From the IMG/VR virus record IMGVR_UViG_3300017769_000001, positions 1 to 64,000 of that record: a stretch of DNA of 64,000 nucleotides. One strand, written 5' to 3'. This DNA is from a virus. The position numbers and the translations under genes are program-made. Of the stretch, positions 47,890 to 56,273 are shown piece after piece. The notes under the pieces were generated by a model, which ran no database searches, was not told the DNA's origin, and saw nothing but the letters and a program-made list of their open reading frames with translations. Numbering within the stretch: position 1 is the stretch's first letter; the number at the start of each line of letters is the position of its first letter.

Positions 47890-48337
47890 GAATCTTGCAA
47901 TTCAAATCCACGTTCATCAAACCAGTACCCCAGTACCAATCTTGGTTGTCCATCTTCCCACAGGTACACCCTTTGATCTCTGTTTGATATCGATGGAACC
48001 TCTCGTCTTGATTGAATCCCCATGCAGATTGCAGTTCAAACTCCAATTGGCGGACGGTTTTGATGATGTCTTCAAACGAATCCGGGTTCTCCAGAGCATA
48101 CATCAGACGATCACCGATGATCTGGATCTCGTTAATCTGATCATCGGTCAGCCCGAATTTGTTCGCAAGATCCATGTTGATCTTGTACTTTTTCCGCGAC
48201 CGAAGCTCACCTCCAATCAAATTTACCATAGCCTTAGCTTCTTCTAGTTCGCTGGAAAGCTTGTTAACGACAGCCTTCCAGCTTTTCAGAGAATGTTCCA
48301 GCATTTCCGGACTACACTCTTTCAGTTGCTTTTTCAT
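47867..48337 (-). CDS. hypothetical protein with Cys/His cluster
   Basis: GCTCGKMDN...C.IHG. Confidence 0.65.
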   Translation of the reverse strand: MKKQLKECSPEMLEHSLKSWKAVVNKLSSELEEAKAMVNLIGGELRSRKKYKINMDLANKFGLTDDQINEIQIIGDRLMYALENPDSFEDIIKTVRQLEFELQSAWGFNQDERFHRYQTEIKGCTCGKMDNQDWYWGTGLMNVDLNCKIHGKLYVR

Positions 48338-48341
48338 ATAA

Positions 48342-49481
48342 TCACCACTTAAATGAAAATGTTGCTCCAAACTCATCGCCGACTGCTGGATAGTTTGGAA
48401 CTTCCTCTACAGTGTAGTGTAAGCCCAACTCCAAGTTGCTGTCAACCCTATGTGTCAAAGAGGCAATCCAGCGATTCTCTTTCTGCGACATTACTGGATG
48501 GTTTCTGTCGAACTTCGCAACTTCTTGATAAGCAATGGCATCTGCCCTGTCAAGTTCTTCGTAGGTGACTCTCAGTGATGTTTGCCCATATGATAGAACT
48601 GGGGACACCCACCACCCGCTCCTTTGAATGTCATATGACTGTACACCGGATCGCTCCCCCTGAACTCCATTTTCAGTGAGTCCAACTAAGTAATCAACAT
48701 ATTGAAAGTCCATTGACAGGCTGACACCACCATCATAAAGATCCACAGACCCTCCGATAGCAGCCCGACGATCATTGTGCTTTCCGCTGTTGAAAGAGCC
48801 GGGGGCACTTCCTGTTTTATTGACGAGAAGCCAGCCATAGATATTCAATCTCCCGAAGTCATATCCAACATATCCTTCCACTACGGGCGTGTTATTTCCT
48901 TTCTCTTGTGGGTCTAGTGTCCCGTTGAGGTAGCAGTTGCCGCTAAGACATGGGCGATCCCTACCCCAAAGGACAGACAGAGAGGCTGTAAAGCCATCTA
49001 CGTACGAGATCCTATATCCATTGAAGATACCTGAGTTGTAGATGACGGCGTGTGGGGCATAAGGAGCAAATTCGAATACAGGATCGACGTATGTTGTCAT
49101 CCTGCCAAAGTATGATGTGGTTGATTGGGAGTGTTTGTAGAAGACTTTGGCTTCTCTTAACTGAGAGTTGCCGTAATAGTAGATAGATGTTCCAGAGTTC
49201 CTGTAGATGTCTTTTTTGGTGATATCTCCTTGCTTTACTTCGATCTGATCATTGGTCAGTGATGCTTCTATCAAAGCCCCGTACTGCTGGTTTTCTGCTT
49301 TGAGAGTGATAATAGCATCCGTCAGTTTCATTTGATGCTCTCTTCCGGACGAACCTGATCTGAGCTTTTCGTTGAAGAAAGCACCCCCTTTAAGTTCTAA
49401 ACCTAAAGAGGGCTCAACAGCATGTAGTGCGGTTGTGAAGAAAGTTAATAAAAGAGTCAAAGCGAATGTCAAGCGTTTCAT
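48342..49481 (-). CDS. outer-membrane beta-barrel protein (porin-like)
   Basis: signal peptide MKRLTFALTLLLTFFTTALHA, amphipathic beta strands, C-terminal FGATFSFKW beta-signal. Confidence 0.75.
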   Translation of the reverse strand: MKRLTFALTLLLTFFTTALHAVEPSLGLELKGGAFFNEKLRSGSSGREHQMKLTDAIITLKAENQQYGALIEASLTNDQIEVKQGDITKKDIYRNSGTSIYYYGNSQLREAKVFYKHSQSTTSYFGRMTTYVDPVFEFAPYAPHAVIYNSGIFNGYRISYVDGFTASLSVLWGRDRPCLSGNCYLNGTLDPQEKGNNTPVVEGYVGYDFGRLNIYGWLLVNKTGSAPGSFNSGKHNDRRAAIGGSVDLYDGGVSLSMDFQYVDYLVGLTENGVQGERSGVQSYDIQRSGWWVSPVLSYGQTSLRVTYEELDRADAIAYQEVAKFDRNHPVMSQKENRWIASLTHRVDSNLELGLHYTVEEVPNYPAVGDEFGATFSFKW

Positions 49482-49537
49482 GATAAGCCACCCGATTATT
49501 CTAGTAGTTATCATAGTTGTCTCAATCTCCAGATCTG

Positions 49538-49987
49538 TTAGAGTCCACTCATTTCCAGAACGCTTTCCACCATGGTGGCTTCCAATTTTTCTTTCAGCTC
49601 TTCGTCTTTTTTATTCGAAATGTGCTTTATCGATTTCACAACTTTATAACGAATGTAGTTGGCTGTTGACGGTGCTACCCATAAGTCAGCAGGAACTCCA
49701 TCGATATCTATACTCTGGAGATCGCCGTCATCATCAAATCCAGCGCGAACTTTCCCAAAAATATAAACCCCGTCAAGGTTACTCTCGTGAGACGCTATGG
49801 TTGCATGTTTGGTGGATGTTATTTTGAGATTTTTCTGTCTGAAATACCGCAGTATGTACGTATCCAGATCGGTCGTATACCCACTCTTTCTGAGGTATTG
49901 GTTTTTATTCCAAACCCGCAGATAAAGTAGACCGACAATGAGATAGTCCATAATGGTTTTTCTCTTAAAATTATACCGGTTACTCAT
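49538..49987 (-). CDS. hypothetical protein (Leu-tag family)
   Basis: GGAG RBS; ends VLEMSGL. Confidence 0.65.
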   Translation of the reverse strand: MSNRYNFKRKTIMDYLIVGLLYLRVWNKNQYLRKSGYTTDLDTYILRYFRQKNLKITSTKHATIASHESNLDGVYIFGKVRAGFDDDGDLQSIDIDGVPADLWVAPSTANYIRYKVVKSIKHISNKKDEELKEKLEATMVESVLEMSGL

Positions 49988-49998
49988 ATCACACTCCC

Positions 49999-50199
49999 TT
50001 AAACCCAGTCCCAGTTTTGAAGTTTGTGGCGGTTCTCTGTCAAAGCGTCCGCCACTTCGATGAGTTCTTGAATTGACGATACGGCTGTCTGTCTTTCCGT
50101 AGTACCGTCTAAGACGATAATGTCTCCTTCGGCAGTTACGTTAACATCCATGTTAGCACGCTTGCACAACTCGATGAGTTCTTCAATCTTGTCCGCCAT
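49999..50199 (-). CDS. hypothetical protein
   Basis: 66-aa operon ORF. Confidence 0.6.
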   Translation of the reverse strand: MADKIEELIELCKRANMDVNVTAEGDIIVLDGTTERQTAVSSIQELIEVADALTENRHKLQNWDWV

Positions 50200-50494
50200 C
50201 GTTTATAACCTTCATCTTCGATACGTTGGTTACGGTTTCTTCGGTGATGCATTCTTTTGTCAACTCTACGAAGTCATCAACAATTTGATCTGTGACTTCC
50301 TGCTTTACCTGAAGAAACCGCTTGTTTACTGGATGTCCGGTTTTGTGATCCCCGACAACAAGCATCGGCATCAGCTTGTTGTGTCCCAGATGAACCATCC
50401 ACTCACGACCATTGTAATCGAACGTCTTGATGACGTCAACCTCGTAGGAATGATTCTCCGGATCCAGACCGATGATTTTAGCTTTTGCTTTCAT
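50183..50494 (-). CDS. hypothetical protein
   Basis: 103-aa operon ORF. Confidence 0.6.
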   Translation of the reverse strand: MKAKAKIIGLDPENHSYEVDVIKTFDYNGREWMVHLGHNKLMPMLVVGDHKTGHPVNKRFLQVKQEVTDQIVDDFVELTKECITEETVTNVSKMKVINDGGQD

Positions 50495-50720
50495 CCCACT
50501 TCCTCACCTTGTTTGCGATTTGAAGAATCTCTGAATCAGTCAGAGAAGTGTTAACCGTTCTGCGTATTTCACAGCAAAGCTCTTCAAATGTCAACGTCGA
50601 TGTTTCTTCGGTTTTCTTCTTACCAAATATTCTGTCGTAGTTTTCGCTGTATGCCTGATAGGAAGAACTTCCTGCCCGTGTTTTAATACTGTCTCCAGTT
50701 ATGTCGTTTCTTGCTGCCAT
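50478..50720 (-). CDS. hypothetical phage protein
   Basis: NDITGDSIKT...Y.ENYDRIFG motif typical of small phage proteins. Confidence 0.65.
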   Translation of the reverse strand: MAARNDITGDSIKTRAGSSSYQAYSENYDRIFGKKKTEETSTLTFEELCCEIRRTVNTSLTDSEILQIANKVRKWDESKS

Positions 50721-51319
50721 TATAGTAGCTCCAGTCTCAGTTTTATAAATGAATGATCAATGTCGCTCATCGTAACATAATCGTGATCGAATGTTAATTC
50801 CAAATCAAGACACGAGTGATCCATGTGCGCCAAGTACTGATGATAAAAGAATTGCGAATACAAACTCTCCGAATGGAACTTATCGTAAGAGTTTAGAAAC
50901 TTACTATACAATTCACCGACCATGATCGTCATCCAATACGTCGGCTTGACTTTGAACGCCGCTACTGGTTTTTCGTATGTAAGATCTTCTCTATAGTACA
51001 TGAATGAAAGTGAGCACTGAGTTCCAGACAAATAGTCTTGATGGATCCCCACAATGAGACCTCCGATTTTGAAGAACGCCTCATGTGGAGTTCCAAAACA
51101 AATCCCGGCTCTTCTCATATCATCCATGTCTAGCCGTCTGATCTCATCAATGATACAGAATGCCTTGAACATTTCTTCGGAACCACCAAACCGCATCATA
51201 AACCGATTTGAAGTTATCAATCCGGGGAGTGCTATGTTGTATGCGAGATTGTACCAGCGCATTCTCCTGAAGAACTTCTTTCTCCGGTTCGTGAATATCG
51301 TCTGGTCGTTAAGATCCAT
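50720..51319 (-). CDS. hypothetical protein (Leu-tag family)
   Basis: ends KLRLELL; resembles the adjacent gene (EIR.L...G.L.V.I). Confidence 0.65.
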   Translation of the reverse strand: MDLNDQTIFTNRRKKFFRRMRWYNLAYNIALPGLITSNRFMMRFGGSEEMFKAFCIIDEIRRLDMDDMRRAGICFGTPHEAFFKIGGLIVGIHQDYLSGTQCSLSFMYYREDLTYEKPVAAFKVKPTYWMTIMVGELYSKFLNSYDKFHSESLYSQFFYHQYLAHMDHSCLDLELTFDHDYVTMSDIDHSFIKLRLELL

Positions 51320-51320
51320 T

Positions 51321-51863
51321 TTACAAATCCTTCAGTTCATTCATGATGAAAGCTTCTTCCAATGCTTGTTTGAGTTCGTTGCTGTCTTCTATTGCTTCAA
51401 ACCTTTTATTGAAGAAATGTTCGTGGAATCTCAGATACCCTTTATTATTCAACGCCGAGGTTTCTTTAATGACTTTTCTAACAGCCCTCAGAGTAGGATA
51501 ATCCGGATATAATTCTCTATCGCCTAGTAGTGGATTCGGAATTGCTTTCAAAGCACCGCTAGTCCTAAAAACGGTGATCGAACCGTCGGCATATGGGTGG
51601 TTCCCATACCATATATGCACCACTAGCCGACCAATGACAATGATTTTCTGCATATTACTTTCGTAAAAATCATCTATTCTTCCTTCCGATATCAACTTCC
51701 TGATCTCGCACAACATACAATAGAGAATCATCATGGTCTCTTTGTCTTTTGATATCCTTTTGAGTCGCCGATTAAAGAATATACACATGATGAAGTCTGG
51801 TGTTAAATACTTCTGGATCTTCCACCTTCTGCATCTTGCAGGCGTCATAAAGGATAGCATCAC
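51321..51863 (-). CDS. hypothetical protein (Leu-tag family)
   Basis: ends MNELKDL. Confidence 0.65.
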   Translation of the reverse strand: MMLSFMTPARCRRWKIQKYLTPDFIMCIFFNRRLKRISKDKETMMILYCMLCEIRKLISEGRIDDFYESNMQKIIVIGRLVVHIWYGNHPYADGSITVFRTSGALKAIPNPLLGDRELYPDYPTLRAVRKVIKETSALNNKGYLRFHEHFFNKRFEAIEDSNELKQALEEAFIMNELKDL

Positions 51864-52129
51864 CGACCCCGGATAGTTTTAGTGATCTCCGCTTCTGCTT
51901 GCTTCACTGCGTCGATCAGCTGGTTGAGATTCTGTGCTGCTTCCATCGCATTCATACACTCTCGCTTCATCAGCTTGGTGGCAATTGCCTCGTATGAAGG
52001 ATGAAACGTCCTTGACTCAGTGATCTTATCATCGCCATCACGAGTCTTTCCGACCTTACGCTCAACCAAAATGAAGTCGTGTTCTCTCGGGCCTACTTCA
52101 ATAGCCCACTTCTCATTGAGTTCGATCAT
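51860..52129 (-). CDS. hypothetical protein
   Basis: GAGG RBS, start MIELNEKW. Confidence 0.65.
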   Translation of the reverse strand: MIELNEKWAIEVGPREHDFILVERKVGKTRDGDDKITESRTFHPSYEAIATKLMKRECMNAMEAAQNLNQLIDAVKQAEAEITKTIRGR

Positions 52130-52278
52130 TTGAAATTCCTCTTGTTTGAATCCATTGTTCAACTGTTAGCCCATTATAGCACGAAAGATCCACATATCTC
52201 CAGCCCCTTTTGCTGTCCAAGTAAGCAAAAGATGTCTCGTCTATAAACGCGTAACGAACTCCCTTATACTCGCGTATT

Positions 52279-52473
52279 TCAGGAGTTCTTATGATAGTCG
52301 ACACCAAGCTCCAGCTCATTTAAAACCTCCTGTAGACGATCTGAGAGCCCTACACGACAGGAAGATATTTTAACCGGGTGGAAGCTCCCGCCATTAGGCG
52401 ATTCTTCTTTCGTATTCAGAATATCGAGAAGTTCAGTGACTGTCGCCTTGAGTTTCGCGTTATCTTGATTCAT
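52279..52473 (-). CDS. hypothetical protein
   Basis: AAGGAG RBS, 64 aa. Confidence 0.6.
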   Translation of the reverse strand: MNQDNAKLKATVTELLDILNTKEESPNGGSFHPVKISSCRVGLSDRLQEVLNELELGVDYHKNS

Positions 52474-52637
52474 TTTAATCTCCTTATGTCAATTGCATCC
52501 GCGTTATAGTCCCATGCAGCCCGGTCGATCTTATTAGTCGCCGTCCAAGCACTTTGAAAGAACCATACTCTTGCGATAGCATATCCAACAGGAACTCCGT
52601 TACGAACCAAGTTGGCAGTGTAAAATTTCTTGAACAT

Positions 52638-52683
52638 AAAAAAATCCCCTTTAAAATCCTAATATCGGATTCTAAAGGGGATT
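52638..52683 (-). terminator. intrinsic terminator closing the tRNA array; a sigma70 promoter (TTGACA-17-TAGAAT, 52669..52697) overlaps its 5' arm
   Basis: AATCCCCTTTAGAATCC/GGATTTTAAAGGGGATT stem plus T run. Confidence 0.8.
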
Positions 52684-52702
52684 GCAGTAGATGTCAATAC
52701 GA

Positions 52703-52822
52703 GAGTGATGTGAGAATCGAACTCACCAGAACATCAGAAGCGCATTTCCGGCGTCCCTCCAGTCAACCACTTCTCACAAACCACCAACGCGCTGATGACT
52801 GTGATGTCAGACCTTATCACCC
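52703..52822 (-). ncRNA. tRNA-like RNA with extended central arm
   Basis: 7-bp acceptor GGGTGAT/ATCACTC, T arm GTGAG-TTCGATT-CTCAC, no D stem or anticodon loop. Confidence 0.6.
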
Positions 52823-52828
52823 ATAAAA

Positions 52829-52906
52829 TGGTGCCCATGGCATGGATTCGAACCTGCGACCTATCGCTTACAAGGCGATTGCTCTAACCAACTGAGCTAC
52901 ACGGGC
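52829..52906 (-). tRNA. tRNA-Thr(TGT)
   Basis: cloverleaf, CCA end, one extra base in the T stem. Confidence 0.9.
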
Positions 52907-53091
52907 TTAAAAAATATGATGTAGTACACTGCTCCAACTGAACAGAAACTCATCGCAACATAAAACAAACAACGAGCAACAACCGCTTTAACTGACATGG
53001 TGTTGAATATCACTTCTGGTATGATTGCTATCAAATTAGCTACACAGCAAATCGAAACAAATAACAGAATCACCACAATCATCATTGTCAC
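52897..53091 (-). CDS. small membrane protein
   Basis: two hydrophobic helices; lies between tRNAs. Confidence 0.45.
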   Translation of the reverse strand: MTMMIVVILLFVSICCVANLIAIIPEVIFNTMSVKAVVARCLFYVAMSFCSVGAVYYIIFFKPV

Positions 53092-53104
53092 CGTAGTTAT
53101 GTAA

Positions 53105-53179
53105 TGGAATCACTGACCGGACTCGAACCGATGTATTACGGGTTGCAACCGCACGCATAACCAACTCTGCCACAGTGAT
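53105..53179 (-). tRNA. tRNA-Cys(GCA)
   Basis: cloverleaf, U73, CCA end. Confidence 0.9.
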
Positions 53180-53180
53180 A

Positions 53181-53256
53181 TGGAAAGGGTGCTCGGACTC
53201 GAACCGAGGATTACCAGAATCAAAATCTGGTGCCTTACCAACTTGGCTACACCCTA
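53181..53256 (-). tRNA. tRNA-Gln(TTG)
   Basis: cloverleaf, CCA end. Confidence 0.9.
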
Positions 53257-53352
53257 TCAAAATGTGGGAGTGAACCGCAAATCCTCCCTACCCTGTGGTT
53301 CGGCTAAAGCTAGAAGACAAAAAGGCCGATTGCAGGTTTTCAAGTTGTTTAT

Positions 53353-53455
53353 CGCATCGCCAGTCAAGGACTCGAACCTTGTCTCCCGGTTGTCTCCTTC
53401 CCTAGTGTTGGGCGAGTCCAGCCAGTTTGCTCCAATACACCACATAGGCGATGCG
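53353..53455 (-). ncRNA. tRNA-like RNA
   Basis: 9-bp closing stem CGCATCGCC/GGCGATGCG and T arm CAAGG-TTCGAGT-CCTTG. Confidence 0.5.
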
Positions 53456-53471
53456 TCTTACTCGAAGGGCA

Positions 53472-53831
53472 CTACCCCTTCTTTCTGAAATCGTTCAACG
53501 TTTTCTTTGAAACGTCGAGTATTTTCAATGTTTCTTCGGGCTTCCAAGTCACGCAACTCGGCTCACTCGAAGGTTCATATCTGTTAGAGTACACGTATCC
53601 GTTAACCGAGTCAACCTCTTTTTCGAAAACAGACCGCCAGTCATAACCGTGATCAATTTCCTCTACAAACCGACTCGTATCAACTTCTACTCTGTGAAGG
53701 AAAAACTCAGAGTTCCTTCCGATCTTCCGAGCAACCGCTTCCAGAGCACTTTCCAGAGATCCAACATGAACACCCTGTTCTGTACACCGGAATCGACTTA
53801 TGAGTACCGGCGATGCATGATACGCTATCAT
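53472..53831 (-). CDS. small ART-fold-like protein
   Basis: AYHAS....F....GVHVG...A and Y.N.YE motifs. Confidence 0.5.
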   Translation of the reverse strand: MIAYHASPVLISRFRCTEQGVHVGSLESALEAVARKIGRNSEFFLHRVEVDTSRFVEEIDHGYDWRSVFEKEVDSVNGYVYSNRYEPSSEPSCVTWKPEETLKILDVSKKTLNDFRKKG

Positions 53832-54109
53832 GGTGCTGGTTTCTCTGCGGATCCTTTCCTTCCCTCTGCAACGTATCCGGATTCGAAATTCGGAAGCTGC
53901 ATTACAGGTTCAGTACTGATAACCTCCAGCCGCGTTACATCCATCCATGACGACATGTTATACTCGCCTTTCTCATCGGCTTTCATAGTCAACACAGCCT
54001 GAATGCATCCGTAAAGGTCAAAGGAAACCGTGGTGACAACCCCTTCGATACCAGTTACTTTGTCTTTCGCACGATAACCAAGAAGATTCAGATGACTGTT
54101 TACGCTCAT
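53828..54109 (-). CDS. hypothetical phage protein
   Basis: LG..AKDKVTG.EG.V.....LYGC.Q...W.D..RL. Confidence 0.7.
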   Translation of the reverse strand: MSVNSHLNLLGYRAKDKVTGIEGVVTTVSFDLYGCIQAVLTMKADEKGEYNMSSWMDVTRLEVISTEPVMQLPNFESGYVAEGRKGSAEKPAP

Positions 54110-54141
54110 AATGCTTACTCGTTTGGTTGTGTTTAACGGTA

Positions 54142-54243
54142 ATGCCCTTACAGGGTACGCCTGCCCGATTCACGAGAGTCACATGGCGCGCTTTCCATGC
54201 TTCGGCGGTTGTTTTGTTTCCGCCACGCACCCTGTAAGGACAC
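54142..54243 (-). ncRNA. four-way-junction RNA with ~19-bp closing stem
   Basis: GTGTCCTTACAGGGTGCGT/GCGTACCCTGTAAGGGCAT plus three hairpins. Confidence 0.55.
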
Positions 54244-54250
54244 TTTAAAT

Positions 54251-54344
54251 TGGTGGGGCCGGTTGGAATCGAACCAACGTTGTGTCATTGTGCCGGTTTT
54301 ACAGACCGGAGAGGAACATACACCCAGCGTCCTCAAACGTCCCC
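54251..54344 (-). tRNA. tRNA-Tyr(GTA), atypical D arm
   Basis: CCGGT-CTGTAAA-ACCGG, T arm, CCA end. Confidence 0.8.
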
Positions 54345-54348
54345 AAAA

Positions 54349-54426
54349 TGGTAGCGGGAGAGGGATTCGAACCCCCGTCATTTGGCTTATGAGACCAAGC
54401 TGGAACCAACTCCAGTCCACCCCGCG
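54349..54426 (-). tRNA. tRNA-Met(CAT), initiator-like
   Basis: CGCGGGG 5' end with unpaired position 1, CCA end. Confidence 0.85.
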
Positions 54427-54430
54427 TCAA

Positions 54431-54560
54431 ATGTTATTTGGCAATCGCTTGCTGGCCTGAATGGGCAGACCTTAACCTGTAGCCGAGTCAGGTTCCCTCT
54501 CCCTTTGCTCAACATCTTTCGGGCTATATTGCAAAGGAACAAGCGATTCCCAAATAACAT
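54431..54560 (-). ncRNA. multibranch RNA with ~21-bp closing stem
   Basis: ATGTTATTTGGGAATCGCTTG/CAAGCGATTGCCAAATAACAT plus three internal hairpins. Confidence 0.55.
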
Positions 54561-54561
54561 C

Positions 54562-54880
54562 TTTAGATCCGCCCTCGCCCACGACCCTTGCAAGGTTCGA
54601 TAATCGTGGGCTAGGACTTGCCAACTCACTTGATGGTTCCAAACAGGACTTGCACCCCTCGAACGCGCTATGCAGGAATCGAACCCAGCATCAAGATCGT
54701 TGACCATTTCGTTAGAACCCATTCTACACTGATGAATGAACTCTGTCAACTGGCGCCTCCGTTGTTTTTTACAAGGCGGAAGCAAACCTCCTTGAAGCAG
54801 TTCCCGTGGCTTACCCAACTCGTTGATCCGACGAGCCTAATACGCTTGCCACTTCGGTATACACCCATGCTTAGGGTATA
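54562..54880 (-). ncRNA. structured non-coding spacer with several hairpins and T-loop motifs
   Basis: GCCCACGA/TCGTGGGC, CTTGATG/CATCAAG enclosing GGTTCGATTCC and GGTGCAAGTCC, GTTGAC/GTCAAC, CTCGT/ACGAG. Confidence 0.45.
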
Positions 54881-54882
54881 TT

Positions 54883-54960
54883 TGGTAGGGGCGGTGAGAC
54901 TCGAACTCACGACCTACTGGTTAAAAGCCAGTTGCTGCTAACCAACTGAGCTACGCCCCT
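54883..54960 (-). tRNA. tRNA-Lys(TTT)
   Basis: cloverleaf, CCA end. Confidence 0.92.
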
Positions 54961-54975
54961 ATGTCCTTATTAATT

Positions 54976-55051
54976 TGGTAGTCGGAGTAGGAATCGAACC
55001 CACGTAGAACGGTATGTAAAACCGCCGCATAAGCCACTCTGCCATCCGACT
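54976..55051 (-). tRNA. tRNA-Val(TAC)
   Basis: GCGGT-TTTACAT-ACCGT, A73, CCA end. Confidence 0.85.
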
Positions 55052-55055
55052 GAAT

Positions 55056-55134
55056 TGGTGTGAAGGACGAGAATCGAACTCGCGTATACAAGGGTCACAA
55101 CCTTGCGCCTTAACCAACATCGGCCACCTTCACC
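55056..55134 (-). tRNA. tRNA-His(GTG)
   Basis: cloverleaf, encoded G-1, CCA end. Confidence 0.9.
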
Positions 55135-55140
55135 ACAACG

Positions 55141-55401
55141 TTACTTTACGCTGTAACATGCTGTTCCGGTTGCATTCTCGTTCCCAGCGACGAAAACACA
55201 CCGAACGTCGTCGCTGAAAGCAGGCGTCCATTCATAGACGCGAACATCGAACCCATGGGTCTCCAGTTTATACTTCACATCGGAATCCCGAGTAGTCCAT
55301 GACATCGTCACTGCACTGTCAAGCCACCCCGCGTTTACAGCTGCGATTGATGAAAAACTGATCGCAACTGCTGCCAGTACTACAAAGAAAAGCTTCTTCA
55401 T
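55141..55401 (-). CDS. small exported protein
   Basis: GGAG RBS, signal peptide MKKLFFVVLAAVAISFSSIAAVNA, two Cys. Confidence 0.7.
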   Translation of the reverse strand: MKKLFFVVLAAVAISFSSIAAVNAGWLDSAVTMSWTTRDSDVKYKLETHGFDVRVYEWTPAFSDDVRCVFVAGNENATGTACYSVK

Positions 55402-55427
55402 TACTCTCTCCTGCTTTGGTTGTGGAT

Positions 55428-55560
55428 TGTGACGACTCAAGCTTACAAGGAATCCCGCTTAACGCTTCACACGGCATAAGACTCACACTAACCGTGTACC
55501 CTGCCACACCGGAGTCCCGGCGTTTCTTGATAAGGCATTACTCAAATGAGTGCCGTCACA
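55428..55560 (-). ncRNA. multibranch closed-stem RNA
   Basis: TGTGACGGC/GTCGTCACA ends; ACGCCGG/CCGGTGT and ACACGG/CCGTGT hairpins. Confidence 0.5.
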
Positions 55561-55563
55561 AAA

Positions 55564-55639
55564 TGGTGCTAGGATCTGGATTCGAACCAGAGACCAATCG
55601 CTTATCAAGCGAACGTTCTACCAACTGAACTATCCTAGC
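55564..55639 (-). tRNA. tRNA-Ile(GAT)
   Basis: cloverleaf, CCA end. Confidence 0.92.
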
Positions 55640-55856
55640 GCAAACGTTTGTCGTTAACACGAACAAAATCAAAAACCAATCGATGTAGTGATGTAAGTTC
55701 TTCTTCACTCATTTCTTTCTTACGACCGCACCGCTCACAAACTTTGTATTTCGTAACTCTCAGTAGAGACCGATACGGGTGACTGGGGTCGATCCGAAGC
55801 TTTTTATACTTATGGAATCCAACCACACACTTAAACGGTTTCATTTCTAACACCAT
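55635..55856 (-). CDS. small Zn-finger-like phage protein
   Basis: C..GFHKY...CERCG. Confidence 0.6.
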   Translation of the reverse strand: MVLEMKPFKCVVGFHKYKKLRIDPSHPYRSLLRVTKYKVCERCGRKKEMSEEELTSLHRLVFDFVRVNDKRLR

Positions 55857-56124
55857 CTACTTCGTCGATATACCGCTGTGGTACTTTCTGACCAGAACAA
55901 AACTGGGTCGAAATCTCTGACTTGGAGTTCACATAAACATACCCACGTTCAATAACTCCGACTTCCTCGTTATAACGGTCGCGTACCAGTGCGATGTCTT
56001 TCCGATGATAATCCTTCTCTTCCATCAGAGCTTCTGAATAACTGTCGACTTTGTAGGTGTCTTGAATATCACCATGTTCGTCCACCTGCTCGACAACCCA
56101 TTCATAGGAAACTTTGTTTTTCAT
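55831..56124 (-). CDS. hypothetical protein
   Basis: GGAG RBS, own promoter upstream. Confidence 0.65.
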   Translation of the reverse strand: MKNKVSYEWVVEQVDEHGDIQDTYKVDSYSEALMEEKDYHRKDIALVRDRYNEEVGVIERGYVYVNSKSEISTQFCSGQKVPQRYIDEVDGVRNETV

Positions 56125-56154
56125 GACATCTCCCAGAAGTTCTAGTGAGATTGA

Positions 56155-56183
56155 ATTATTTCACAATAGAGTTTCGATGTCAA
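56155..56183 (-). promoter_or_regulatory. internal sigma70-type promoter
   Basis: TTGACA-17-AATAAT. Confidence 0.6.
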
Positions 56184-56192
56184 CAAGAATTT

Positions 56193-56269
56193 TGGTCGGA
56201 GTAGTAGGACTCGAACCTACGACCCTCTGCTCCCAAAGCAGATGCGCTACCAGACTGCGCTATACTCCG
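56193..56269 (-). tRNA. tRNA-Pro(TGG)
   Basis: canonical cloverleaf, CCA end. Confidence 0.95.
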
Positions 56270-56273
56270 ATGT

